A stretch of DNA of 64,000 nt, taken from Cyclobacteriaceae bacterium (lineage in GTDB: Bacteria; Bacteroidota; Bacteroidia; Cytophagales; Cyclobacteriaceae). Below are positions 37,820-46,142 of this stretch, one piece after another. Under the pieces are notes generated by a model that did no database searches, had not been told where the DNA came from, and saw nothing but the letters and a program-made list of their open reading frames with translations. Each line of letters begins with the position of its first letter. The first letter of the stretch is position 1. The position numbers were made by a program, and so were the translations under genes. Location: assembly GCA_965227155.1 (NCBI GenBank), contig OZ245731.1, positions 2,166,624 to 2,230,623 of the forward strand. The letters are read 5' to 3'.

Positions 37820-39103
37820 ATGAGCCAGAAAATCATTCGTTTGATCATACTCCTCGCCACTATTTCCATCACAGGAATTTTGGTTATCCAGGTTTTTTGG
37901 CTGAAGCGGGCATTCGACCTTCGCGAAAAGCAGTTCACATTAAATGTGAACCTGGCCTTGAAAAATGTTGTAGAGTCTCTCTGCAATTACAATGGCATAG
38001 ACTACCCCGGTCAAAATCCTGTAGAGAAGCTCGCCTCCAACTATTTTGTGGTAAATATCAACAACATGATTGACCCGCAGGCGCTGGAATACTTTCTCAA
38101 GGCAGAATTTGAAAAGCGCGCCATCACAGCTGGCTTTGAATATGGCATTTATGATTGTGCGGATGAGCAAATGGTGTATGGGGATATCGTTAATATGGAA
38201 GAGCCGGTCGAGGAAAACGATCAGAAGGCATTTCCTACGCTTGAGCGGAATGAATATTATTTCGGTGTTTATTTTCCGGACAGGCCTGCCGATATGGCCG
38301 GTCAGATGGGGATTTGGATATTTTCCACAGTGGTCCTGTTGATTGTGGTGATATATTTCACTTATACATTGTATGTCATCCTGAAGCAGCGCCGCCTTTC
38401 AGAAATACAGCGGGACTTTATCAATAATATGACCCATGAGTTTAAAACCCCACTTTCTACCATCGCCATTTCAACGGGGGTACTCAAGGATCCGGCTATT
38501 GCGAGCCAACCCGAGCGCCTAATGAACTACGCCACCATTATCGAAAATGAAAATTCAAGATTGCAAAATCAGGTGGAGAGGGTATTGCAGATGGCTACTC
38601 TGGAAAAAGAAGAAATTCATCTCAAAAGAGAAGCTACTGATATGAATCGGCTGATACGCGAAGTTGTAGATCGCGTGGCAATACATGCTGAAGAGGTCAA
38701 GCCAGAGATTAACATGGAGCTCAAAGCCACTAATCATATGGTAATGGGAGACCGGCTTCACCTGGCAAACATTATTTTTAATCTAATTGACAATGGGATA
38801 AAATACTGCCATGTGCAGCCCATTATTCAAATAAAAAGCTATAATGAAGGGCAGACTTTAAATATCGAAGTAAAGGATAATGGCATTGGTATTGCCAGTA
38901 AGGAGCAGAAAAGGATATTCGAGAAATTCTATCGGGTACCCACCGGTAACCTACATGATGTGAAGGGTTTCGGTATAGGTTTGAATTATGTGGAGCTGGT
39001 GGTAAAAGCCCATAAAGGTTCCATTTCGCTGGAAAGTGTACCAGATTCAGGCAGCACTTTTACCATATGCCTACCTATTGTCAATTTGAATGATCTAAAC
39101 TGA
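37820..39103 (+). CDS. sensor histidine kinase (paralog 1)
   Basis: Two TM helices flank a sensor loop of about 130 aa. The HisKA H-box is NNMTHEFKTPLSTI, and the HATPase N/G boxes are NLIDNGIKY and GFGIGLNYV. Confidence 0.92.
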   Translation: MSQKIIRLIILLATISITGILVIQVFWLKRAFDLREKQFTLNVNLALKNVVESLCNYNGIDYPGQNPVEKLASNYFVVNINNMIDPQALEYFLKAEFEKRAITAGFEYGIYDCADEQMVYGDIVNMEEPVEENDQKAFPTLERNEYYFGVYFPDRPADMAGQMGIWIFSTVVLLIVVIYFTYTLYVILKQRRLSEIQRDFINNMTHEFKTPLSTIAISTGVLKDPAIASQPERLMNYATIIENENSRLQNQVERVLQMATLEKEEIHLKREATDMNRLIREVVDRVAIHAEEVKPEINMELKATNHMVMGDRLHLANIIFNLIDNGIKYCHVQPIIQIKSYNEGQTLNIEVKDNGIGIASKEQKRIFEKFYRVPTGNLHDVKGFGIGLNYVELVVKAHKGSISLESVPDSGSTFTICLPIVNLNDLN

Positions 39104-39160
39104 AGACTAGAACATATAAATAGGTTAAATGAAGGAAAGCATGGGAAACAAGTGTAGCGA

Positions 39161-39847
39161 ATGAAAAAGGTACTACTGGTCGAAGATGATAAAAACCTGA
39201 GGTTTGTAATCGAAGATGGTCTCCGCCATGCCGGCTACCAGGTACAAACCGCAAACCATGGGGAGGAAGGTTGGGTGCTTTTTCAGCAGCATGATTTTGA
39301 CATTTGCCTGCTCGATGTAATGATGCCGGCTATGGATGGCTTTTCGCTAGCACGTCAAATCAGAGCTCAGGACAATCACACACCAATTCTATTTATCACT
39401 GCTAAGTCTATGCTTGAAGACAAAATTGAGGCATTCCAATTGGGCGGTGACGATTATATCACCAAGCCCTTTGCCATGGATGAGCTCATGCTGCGCATGG
39501 AGGTCTTTTTACGGCGAACCGGCTTAGCTATTGAGCCCAAAGAAGAGTATTTTGATCTGGGGGTGTTTAGGTTTTATCCTCGATCCCTATGTCTTGAAGG
39601 CCCGCAGCAAAAAAGGACATTAACCCAGCGGGAGGCTGATTTGCTGCTGTTTTTTTGTGACCATGCCAACCAGGTGTTGAAAAGGGAAAAGATCCTCAAG
39701 GCCATCTGGGGAGATGATGATTATTTTATTGGCCGGTCGCTGGATGTTTTTATTTCCAAACTAAGAAAATACCTCCAGGAAGATCCAAGCATTCGCATTG
39801 TCAATTATCATGGTATCGGCTTCAAATTAGAAAAGCCTACTCCTTGA
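39161..39847 (+). CDS. OmpR/PhoB-family response regulator (paralog 1)
   Basis: Receiver domain (VLLVEDD...LLDVMMP...TAKS) plus a winged-helix C-terminus. Confidence 0.95.
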   Translation: MKKVLLVEDDKNLRFVIEDGLRHAGYQVQTANHGEEGWVLFQQHDFDICLLDVMMPAMDGFSLARQIRAQDNHTPILFITAKSMLEDKIEAFQLGGDDYITKPFAMDELMLRMEVFLRRTGLAIEPKEEYFDLGVFRFYPRSLCLEGPQQKRTLTQREADLLLFFCDHANQVLKREKILKAIWGDDDYFIGRSLDVFISKLRKYLQEDPSIRIVNYHGIGFKLEKPTP

Positions 39848-40661
39848 TCACCAGTTTTTTGCTGTATTTGCTCTTGCCTCTTACAATGTCCAGAATATAG
39901 GTACCATGCACTACCCCTGCTAAATCAACATCTCGATCGTAGAAGCCCCGGAAGCTTACGAGAGACTCATTAAAAAATACATTGCCTTGCTCATCGTAAA
40001 TCTTCAGGGAGAGTGGTGCCTCCACATCGGTGCGAAACTTTATAGACAGCTTTTCACCTCTGGCCGCAGGTCTGATGTTCATTTCATAGATATGAATATC
40101 ATTAATCAGACTCAGGTTGTTTTGCTTAATGAATGCCTTGTCCTCATTTTCATCGAAATCTTCTATGCTGACTTTCTGGTTTGCCCGGTTAAAATACCTG
40201 AAGTGCACATCAGCGTCATCTTCCCATCGTATGTCAAAATCCAGATTGGACAGATGTTCATCCAGCGCTTCCAGATGCCTGTCCATTGCTTTTAGAAGAC
40301 TGTCTTTATTATGCAGGAACCGATCCTTATCAAACCGAAAAGTAAAAACACTATCTTCATTCTGCAAGTCAAAAAACTGATGCCAGTTTGATTTTCCCCT
40401 ATCCAAAGAGTCGTCTTTGAATATCATCACACGGGGAGGATTATCCCCGAAAAACGTCTTATAATCTTCATCATGCTTGAATGCCTGAGGGGCGCTGTAA
40501 GACTTCTTAAAAACCTTGCGGTGGCCGTCTTCCTCGGTAATTATTTCTACAGTATAGCTATGCTCCTCTTCCTGCGCATTGGCAGTAAAGCATAATCCCG
40601 CAACCAGTATGCCCAGCAGGATGATTAAAAGATGATTTCGCTTTTGCATGAGTTTTGACAT
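39837..40661 (-). CDS. acidic secreted protein with a T9SS C-terminal sorting domain
   Basis: Signal peptide (LLIILLGILVAGLCFTANAQ). The last 80 aa or so (...LSLKIYDEQGNVFF...GTYILDIVRGKSKYSKKLVIKE) fit the Por/T9SS CTD pattern. The 3' end overlaps regulator 1 by 11 nt. Confidence 0.75.
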   Translation of the reverse strand: MSKLMQKRNHLLIILLGILVAGLCFTANAQEEEHSYTVEIITEEDGHRKVFKKSYSAPQAFKHDEDYKTFFGDNPPRVMIFKDDSLDRGKSNWHQFFDLQNEDSVFTFRFDKDRFLHNKDSLLKAMDRHLEALDEHLSNLDFDIRWEDDADVHFRYFNRANQKVSIEDFDENEDKAFIKQNNLSLINDIHIYEMNIRPAARGEKLSIKFRTDVEAPLSLKIYDEQGNVFFNESLVSFRGFYDRDVDLAGVVHGTYILDIVRGKSKYSKKLVIKE

Positions 40662-40706
40662 TAAAAAATGATGTATCGAAAGTACTATAAAGACGGATTG
40701 GGAGGT

Positions 40707-40755
40707 GTTAATGGGTGGTTAATTGTTGTTAAAAAAGGTTAATTTATTACCTAAC
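40707..40755 (+). promoter_or_regulatory. phased direct repeats GTTAAT x2 / GTTAAA / GTTAAT / CCTAAC (candidate regulator binding array)
   Basis: Hexamers start at 40707, 40718, 40728, 40738 and 40750 (spacing 11, 10, 10, 12 nt), in the divergent region between the T9SS-cargo gene and kinase 2. The GTTAAT at 40738 is 32 nt upstream of the -7 box. Confidence 0.55.
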
Positions 40756-40769
40756 GCTCCATTTGCCCG

Positions 40770-40777
40770 TAAATTTG
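40770..40777 (+). promoter_or_regulatory. -7 promoter box TAaaTTTG, 4 nt from the start codon
   Basis: TAnnTTTG followed by TTTG and then ATG 40782. Confidence 0.45.
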
Positions 40778-40781
40778 TTTG

Positions 40782-42392
40782 ATGAGTTTGAGGAAAATAC
40801 GATGGATCATTGCGCTGATGAGTCTGGCTATGCTGGGATTGATCTATTTTCAATACTATTGGATTAAAAGTGTGCTGGAGGCCAATGAAGAACGGTTTCA
40901 GAAGGATGTGCGGGAGGCATTGGTAGCAGTAAGTACCAAGCTCGAAAAGAAGGAGGTGCTGGATGTGACTTTCGATAACCTCAGCTCCCGGTTTAAATGG
41001 CAGATAGCCACAGGTGACCGGGAGGTGGAAATGATTGAAAGCACCTTTGAAAAGCGTATAGTGGATCTGGATTCATTAAAGCAAAATCCCCCCAAGCCAG
41101 AGCTCTCATTTAAGTTTGAAAATGGCAAAGTGTCCTCCATTGAAACCGAGGATGACTACCAGTTTATCATCTTTGACCAAAGTGGCAATAAGCATGAGCA
41201 TAAATGGGAAATGGGTAGTGATAGCCGTAGAAAAGCTATCCGCTCTGAGCGCTTGCACGAAAGCCTGCAAAAGGCAGTAAAAAAGTCTGAAATGGTGCAG
41301 GTTGTAATCCAGGAACTCCTCACCACAGAGCGTAGCATCAACAATCGCATCGAAAAAGCAGATATTGACTCTCTGCTGCATCAGGAGCTGGTAGCCAAAG
41401 GCATTGATATACCTTTTGAGTTTGGGGTATACGAGCCTATTTCAGCTAAAATGATCATGCAATCAGCAAAAGAAACCAATCCTGATCAGCTATTGGACAC
41501 TGAGCTGCGGGCCAGTTTATTTCCCAATGATATTATTGGTGAGGTAAGTGAATTGTTGGTCATTTTCCCTGATCAGCAAAGTTTCCTTTTCAGGAAAATA
41601 TGGCTTACACTTTCATCTTCGGTTTTTTTGGTGTTGATCATTGTCTTTTGCTTTAGCTATGCCATTTATACGATCCTCCGGCAAAAGAAGCTTTCTGAAA
41701 TTAAGAATGACTTCATCAACAATATGACGCATGAGTTTAAAACGCCGATAAGTACCGTGTCTCTCGCATGTGAAGCGCTACAGGATGCCGAAGTGGGCAA
41801 TAGCCCCGGTCTTAAAGAGCGGTACCTCAAAATCATTAGTGATGAAAATACGCGACTGGGATTGCAGGTGGAGAAAGTATTGCAAATGGCAGTAATTGAA
41901 CGCAAAGATTTCAAACTGAAAAAGGAAATGGTTGACGTGCATGCCATCATCGACAAAGTGCTTGAAAATGTAGCGATACAGGTTTCCAGGAAAGGTGGTG
42001 CGGTTCATAAGGAACTGAAAGCCAGGCAAAGTGAGGTAGAGGCAGATGAAATGCATTTGACCAATATCATTTATAACCTGCTGGACAATGCCAATAAGTA
42101 TAGCCCGGAGCTACCGGATATCACAATACAGACACACGACACCAGGCAGGGCATTTCGATCTCTGTAAAAGACAGAGGCATTGGCATGTCACGCGATCAG
42201 GTGAATAAAATTTTTGAGCGATTCTACCGTATTCCTACCGGGAATGTGCACGATGTGAAAGGCTTTGGTCTTGGACTGGCTTATGTAAAAAGAGTAGTGG
42301 ATGCCCATCAGGGAGAGATTCATGTAAAAAGTGAACCCTACAAAGGCAGTACCTTTGAGATATTTATTCCTGCACACAATGGAAAAAACTAA
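40782..42392 (+). CDS. sensor histidine kinase (paralog 2, larger sensor domain)
   Basis: Two TM helices flank a loop of about 240 aa. The H-box is NNMTHEFKTPISTV, and the N/G boxes are NLLDNANKY and GFGLGLAYV. By eye it is roughly half identical to kinase 1 over the catalytic core. Confidence 0.92.
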   Translation: MSLRKIRWIIALMSLAMLGLIYFQYYWIKSVLEANEERFQKDVREALVAVSTKLEKKEVLDVTFDNLSSRFKWQIATGDREVEMIESTFEKRIVDLDSLKQNPPKPELSFKFENGKVSSIETEDDYQFIIFDQSGNKHEHKWEMGSDSRRKAIRSERLHESLQKAVKKSEMVQVVIQELLTTERSINNRIEKADIDSLLHQELVAKGIDIPFEFGVYEPISAKMIMQSAKETNPDQLLDTELRASLFPNDIIGEVSELLVIFPDQQSFLFRKIWLTLSSSVFLVLIIVFCFSYAIYTILRQKKLSEIKNDFINNMTHEFKTPISTVSLACEALQDAEVGNSPGLKERYLKIISDENTRLGLQVEKVLQMAVIERKDFKLKKEMVDVHAIIDKVLENVAIQVSRKGGAVHKELKARQSEVEADEMHLTNIIYNLLDNANKYSPELPDITIQTHDTRQGISISVKDRGIGMSRDQVNKIFERFYRIPTGNVHDVKGFGLGLAYVKRVVDAHQGEIHVKSEPYKGSTFEIFIPAHNGKN

Positions 42393-43077
42393 GATTCTAA
42401 TAGTAGAGGACGATCCCAATCTGGGTCAGATATTAAAGGAGTATTTACAGTTGAAAGGCTTCAGCACCCATCTCGCTACCGATGGTGAGATGGGCCTTCA
42501 AGCTTTTCAAAATAATGCGTTTGATTTCTGTATACTGGATGTAATGATGCCCAAAAAAGACGGCTTTACGCTGACCAAGGAAATACGGGAAGTAGATCAT
42601 GATGTCCCGATTATTTTTCTGACAGCCAAGTCCATGAAAGAGGATACGATTGAGGGATTCAGAGTAGGGGCTGATGATTACCTTACAAAGCCATTTAGCA
42701 TGGAAGAATTGCTGATGCGCATGAAAGCGATCATCAGAAGGGTAAGTAAATCTGCACAGGAGCAAAATGAAGCGCCCCAAAAGTTTAGCATAGGCCAATG
42801 CTTGCTCAATTGTGATCACCTGATATTAAAGACGCCCAAGCGTGAAATAAAACTTACCACCAAGGAGAATGACCTGATGCGTATTTTTTGTAGGCATATC
42901 AATCGCACAGTAGAGCGAAGCGACGCATTGAAAGAGGTCTGGAAGGATGATTCTTATTTTAATGCCAGAAGTATGGACGTGTACATTGCCAAGCTAAGGA
43001 AATACCTCAAAGATGATCCCTCATTGCAAATATTAACTATCCATGGTCAGGGCTTTAAGCTTGTAACTTTGCAATAA
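42379..43077 (+). CDS. OmpR/PhoB-family response regulator (paralog 2)
   Basis: MEKTKILIVEDD...ILDVMMP...TAKS plus a winged helix. The ATG at 42379 overlaps the kinase end by 14 nt. The track's upstream extension lies inside the kinase gene. Confidence 0.95.
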   Translation: MEKTKILIVEDDPNLGQILKEYLQLKGFSTHLATDGEMGLQAFQNNAFDFCILDVMMPKKDGFTLTKEIREVDHDVPIIFLTAKSMKEDTIEGFRVGADDYLTKPFSMEELLMRMKAIIRRVSKSAQEQNEAPQKFSIGQCLLNCDHLILKTPKREIKLTTKENDLMRIFCRHINRTVERSDALKEVWKDDSYFNARSMDVYIAKLRKYLKDDPSLQILTIHGQGFKLVTLQ

Positions 43078-43141
43078 GATTCGTATTTTATGCTTTCGGT
43101 TTTAGATAAATTTTTTGTTTACTGTCAAATTAAGACAATTA

Positions 43142-43149
43142 TACATTTG
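43142..43149 (+). promoter_or_regulatory. -7 promoter box TAcaTTTG
   Basis: TAnnTTTG match 54 nt upstream of ATG 43204. Confidence 0.35.
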
Positions 43150-43203
43150 ATTTGCGGAGCATAATTCGCGATACGTTTACCATTTAATTTTAACTGCTAC
43201 ATA

Positions 43204-43932
43204 ATGCAATTAGTACCCTCCATTTCAGTTTTAAAAAACAGGACCGTACGCCTCATGAGAGGAAATTATGAGGAAGGCAAACACTATGAAGACAGCCCTG
43301 TAGATATTGCCAAAGCTTTTGAAGAGCATGGCATTGAGAGAATCCATTTTGTGGATCTGGAAGGCGCTAAGGAAGGTACTCCTGTGAATTACCATGCGGT
43401 GGAGATGATCGCCAATTTCACTAAGTTGAGGATCAACTACTCAGGTGGTATACATACAGATGGGGATCTTAGCAAGGCATTGGAGCACGGTGCAGAAAGT
43501 GTGACCTCTGCCACCATCGCAGTGTACGACAAAGAATTGTTTGCATCCTGGCTGATGTCTTATGGCAGGGAAAAAATAGCCCTTGGTGCAGATACCTTAG
43601 ATGGCTTTCTTAGAGTTGGCGGTTGGCAAAAAGACACAAAAATCGAACTCTTCGAACATGTACGGTTTTTCTACGATAGAGGATTAAAATACCTCAAAAC
43701 AACCGATATCAGTCGTGATGGTGCCTTGCAGGGGCCAGCAATAGAGCTCTACAAGAGCATTTTAAAGGAATTTCCCAATATATGCCTATATGCCAGCGGT
43801 GGTGTTCGCTCCATGGATGATATCAAAGAACTGCAGGATATCGGCGTACATGGTGTAGTGTTTGGCAAGGCTTTCTACGAAGGAAAAATCACATTAAAAG
43901 ACCTGGAGCAGTTTATGGCTGTTAATAAATAG
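43204..43932 (+). CDS. HisA-like (beta/alpha)8-barrel protein, orphan paralog
   Basis: Clear HisA-family pattern (FVDLEGAKEG..., GADTLDG..VGGW, TDISRDGALQGP, ASGGV...FGKAFYEG). However, the N-terminus reads VPSISV instead of the canonical IPAIDL. No other his genes are nearby. Confidence 0.85.
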   Translation: MQLVPSISVLKNRTVRLMRGNYEEGKHYEDSPVDIAKAFEEHGIERIHFVDLEGAKEGTPVNYHAVEMIANFTKLRINYSGGIHTDGDLSKALEHGAESVTSATIAVYDKELFASWLMSYGREKIALGADTLDGFLRVGGWQKDTKIELFEHVRFFYDRGLKYLKTTDISRDGALQGPAIELYKSILKEFPNICLYASGGVRSMDDIKELQDIGVHGVVFGKAFYEGKITLKDLEQFMAVNK

Positions 43933-44033
43933 CCGCCTACGATCCATCCATCCGCTGTTCAGTAACCTCAGCAATAAATAAGGCTTGTTTTAAGACGGGC
44001 ATGCATTATTTTAGGTAGCTAGTTTAGGAAATT

Positions 44034-44891
44034 ATGGATCAGACGGCTACCCTCATTTTAGCGATTTCCCTCATCATCATCATGTTTGGTATGGGGTTGT
44101 CGCTTACTATCAATGATTTTCGCAGGATTGTGGTTTACCCCAGAGCCGTCCTCACGGGGCTTGTAAACCAACTGGTGTTGTTGCCCATTATTGGGTTTGG
44201 CCTGGCAGCACTAACCGGGGCAAGGCCCGAAATAGCCATTGGTATAATCATTCTGGCTGCCTGTCCGGGAGGTCCAACTTCCAACCTTATCACCCACCTA
44301 TCGAAGGGAGATACAGCATTGTCGGTTACGCTTACAGCGGTAAGTAGTATGATTACCATTTTCTCGATTCCCTTTCTTATTCAAATTGGACAGGAAACGT
44401 TTGTAGGAGCAGCGCAGCAGGTAGAAATAAATGTACCGCAGATTATGCTGCAATTGGTATTTATTACCATACTTCCTGTGAGCCTGGGTATGTCCATCAG
44501 AAAATTTAGTCCAGCATTTGCAGCCAAAATGGATCAGCCCGTTAAAATTGCCTCAGCCATAGTCTTCGTATTGGTGCTGGTGGGTGTAATCATAAAAGAA
44601 AAAGATAATCTCCCTGGCTACATGGCCGAATCAGGCTTGCTGGCTATGAGCCTGAATGTAGGTACTATGGCCCTGGGCTACTGGTCTGCGATGATTATGC
44701 GCCTACCACGGAGGCAACGCATCAGTATTTCCATTGAGTCGGGCATCCAAAATGGCACGTTAGCCATTGCCATAGCTACAGTATCGCTTGGCAATAGCGA
44801 GTATGCCATAGCACCAGCTACTTATGGCATATTGATGTTCATTACTGGATTTTTGATGATTGGATGGGGTCTTAGAAAAGCAGATGCTTAA
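44034..44891 (+). CDS. bile acid:sodium symporter (BASS)-family transporter
   Basis: 285 aa polytopic protein; the AACPGGPTSN motif is typical of BASS/ACR3-fold carriers. Confidence 0.88.
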   Translation: MDQTATLILAISLIIIMFGMGLSLTINDFRRIVVYPRAVLTGLVNQLVLLPIIGFGLAALTGARPEIAIGIIILAACPGGPTSNLITHLSKGDTALSVTLTAVSSMITIFSIPFLIQIGQETFVGAAQQVEINVPQIMLQLVFITILPVSLGMSIRKFSPAFAAKMDQPVKIASAIVFVLVLVGVIIKEKDNLPGYMAESGLLAMSLNVGTMALGYWSAMIMRLPRRQRISISIESGIQNGTLAIAIATVSLGNSEYAIAPATYGILMFITGFLMIGWGLRKADA

Positions 44892-45197
44892 CTATTCTTC
44901 AGCAATGGCTTGCTTACTTTCGGTAGATTCATTCAACTCACCATATTTTACTTTATAAACCATGTAAAACAGGAAGTTGTATTTAGAAATGGAATGAAGA
45001 CTGCTGTCAGTTTTTACCGCTGATCTTTCTACGCTTTCTTTATTTTCCTCTTTATCACCCTCATTTTCAGCATTTTTTTCACTTTGCTTTTTGTCTTCCT
45101 CGCTTACTAAAGTGCCTTTTTTATCGTCTGTAGCATAGGCGTTAGGCGCTTGCGCAAGCAGAAAAATGAGGGGAATTATGGAAAATAGAAGTTTCAG
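44892..45197 (-). CDS. possible secreted acidic protein lacking a canonical start codon
   Basis: Open frame of about 120 codons (in-frame stop at 45252-45254). It encodes a convincing signal peptide, (L)KLLFSIIPLIFLLAQAPNAYA-TDD..., but no ATG/GTG/TTG lies upstream of it. The nearest candidate is CTG at 45195-45197. Its stop codon abuts the BASS stop. Confidence 0.35.
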   Translation of the reverse strand: MKLLFSIIPLIFLLAQAPNAYATDDKKGTLVSEEDKKQSEKNAENEGDKEENKESVERSAVKTDSSLHSISKYNFLFYMVYKVKYGELNESTESKQAIAEE

Positions 45198-45281
45198 TGT
45201 ATTCTTGTTTGGTAAATGGAGAACGAATATAGCAAAGAATTGTTTGAATCTTCAATATTTCTCATAAATACTGTGCGCTAA

Positions 45282-46142
45282 TTGAAAGATCAATCGATTG
45301 CACTTAGGAAACTCACACCACGGGATTTGCCACAGCTGCATCAATCCTACCTGGAAGCTTTTGCAGACTACCCTGTAGATATGAGCCTGGACTATCCCGC
45401 CTTTAAGCAGCGCATGCTTGTCAGGCTGCACCTAAATTTTAACATTTCGATAGGGGCATTCCATGGCCAAAAGCTGATTGGTTTTTTGCTACACGCTGAA
45501 AATCTCTACCAGGATCAGATTTCCGTTTACAATGGAGGTACAGGAGTGATTCCGGCTTACCGCGGAAAAAGTCTGGTGAAATTGATGTATCAATTTTTTG
45601 AAAGCCAGATCAGCACACACCTTTCAGCTAAGCAGGTTGTACTGGAGGTACTTGAAAAAAATCAGGCTGCCCGGCGAAGCTATCAGCAAAGCGGGTTTAC
45701 AGAAAAGCGACTTTTAAGATGCTATAGACAGGCTCATTTAATAGCTAACAATAATAGCACAGGCGTGCAGGTATCTGTTAATCATTGGCATAATGCTATT
45801 GCTGCTGAATTGTTTAGGTGGAGCAGCTTTATGGACACACCTCAGCAGCTTGCCCATAATCAAAATGCACTTCGGATTTTGACCATTAATCACAACGACA
45901 AACCCCATGGTTATTTGATTGGTGATGTAGACCGGGCCAGGATCTGCTTTCTTTATGTAGAGCCTGAGTACAGAAAGCAGGGCTATGGTATAGCCCTAGT
46001 CCACAAAATGCAGTTATTGGCAGGCGCACGGAAGCTTTCTCTGGTGAATGTTGATGAAAAGATGGAATCTTTGCATAAATTTTTGGTGGCAGTGGGGTTT
46101 GAAAATCAATTTAATCAGCTCGAGATGGTGAAGCAGCTATGA
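45282..46142 (+). CDS. GNAT-family N-acetyltransferase (two GNAT-like halves)
   Basis: TTG start with GNAT motif A-like segments (VIPAYRGKSL, VEPEYRKQGYG). It overlaps murF-alr by 4 nt. Confidence 0.75.
   Translation: MKDQSIALRKLTPRDLPQLHQSYLEAFADYPVDMSLDYPAFKQRMLVRLHLNFNISIGAFHGQKLIGFLLHAENLYQDQISVYNGGTGVIPAYRGKSLVKLMYQFFESQISTHLSAKQVVLEVLEKNQAARRSYQQSGFTEKRLLRCYRQAHLIANNNSTGVQVSVNHWHNAIAAELFRWSSFMDTPQQLAHNQNALRILTINHNDKPHGYLIGDVDRARICFLYVEPEYRKQGYGIALVHKMQLLAGARKLSLVNVDEKMESLHKFLVAVGFENQFNQLEMVKQL

Noticed and set aside
42331-42378. Upstream extension of response regulator 2 as given in the track
   Set aside because: The extension overlaps the 3' end of kinase 2. The receiver domain begins at MEKTKILIVEDD (ATG 42379), matching regulator 1.
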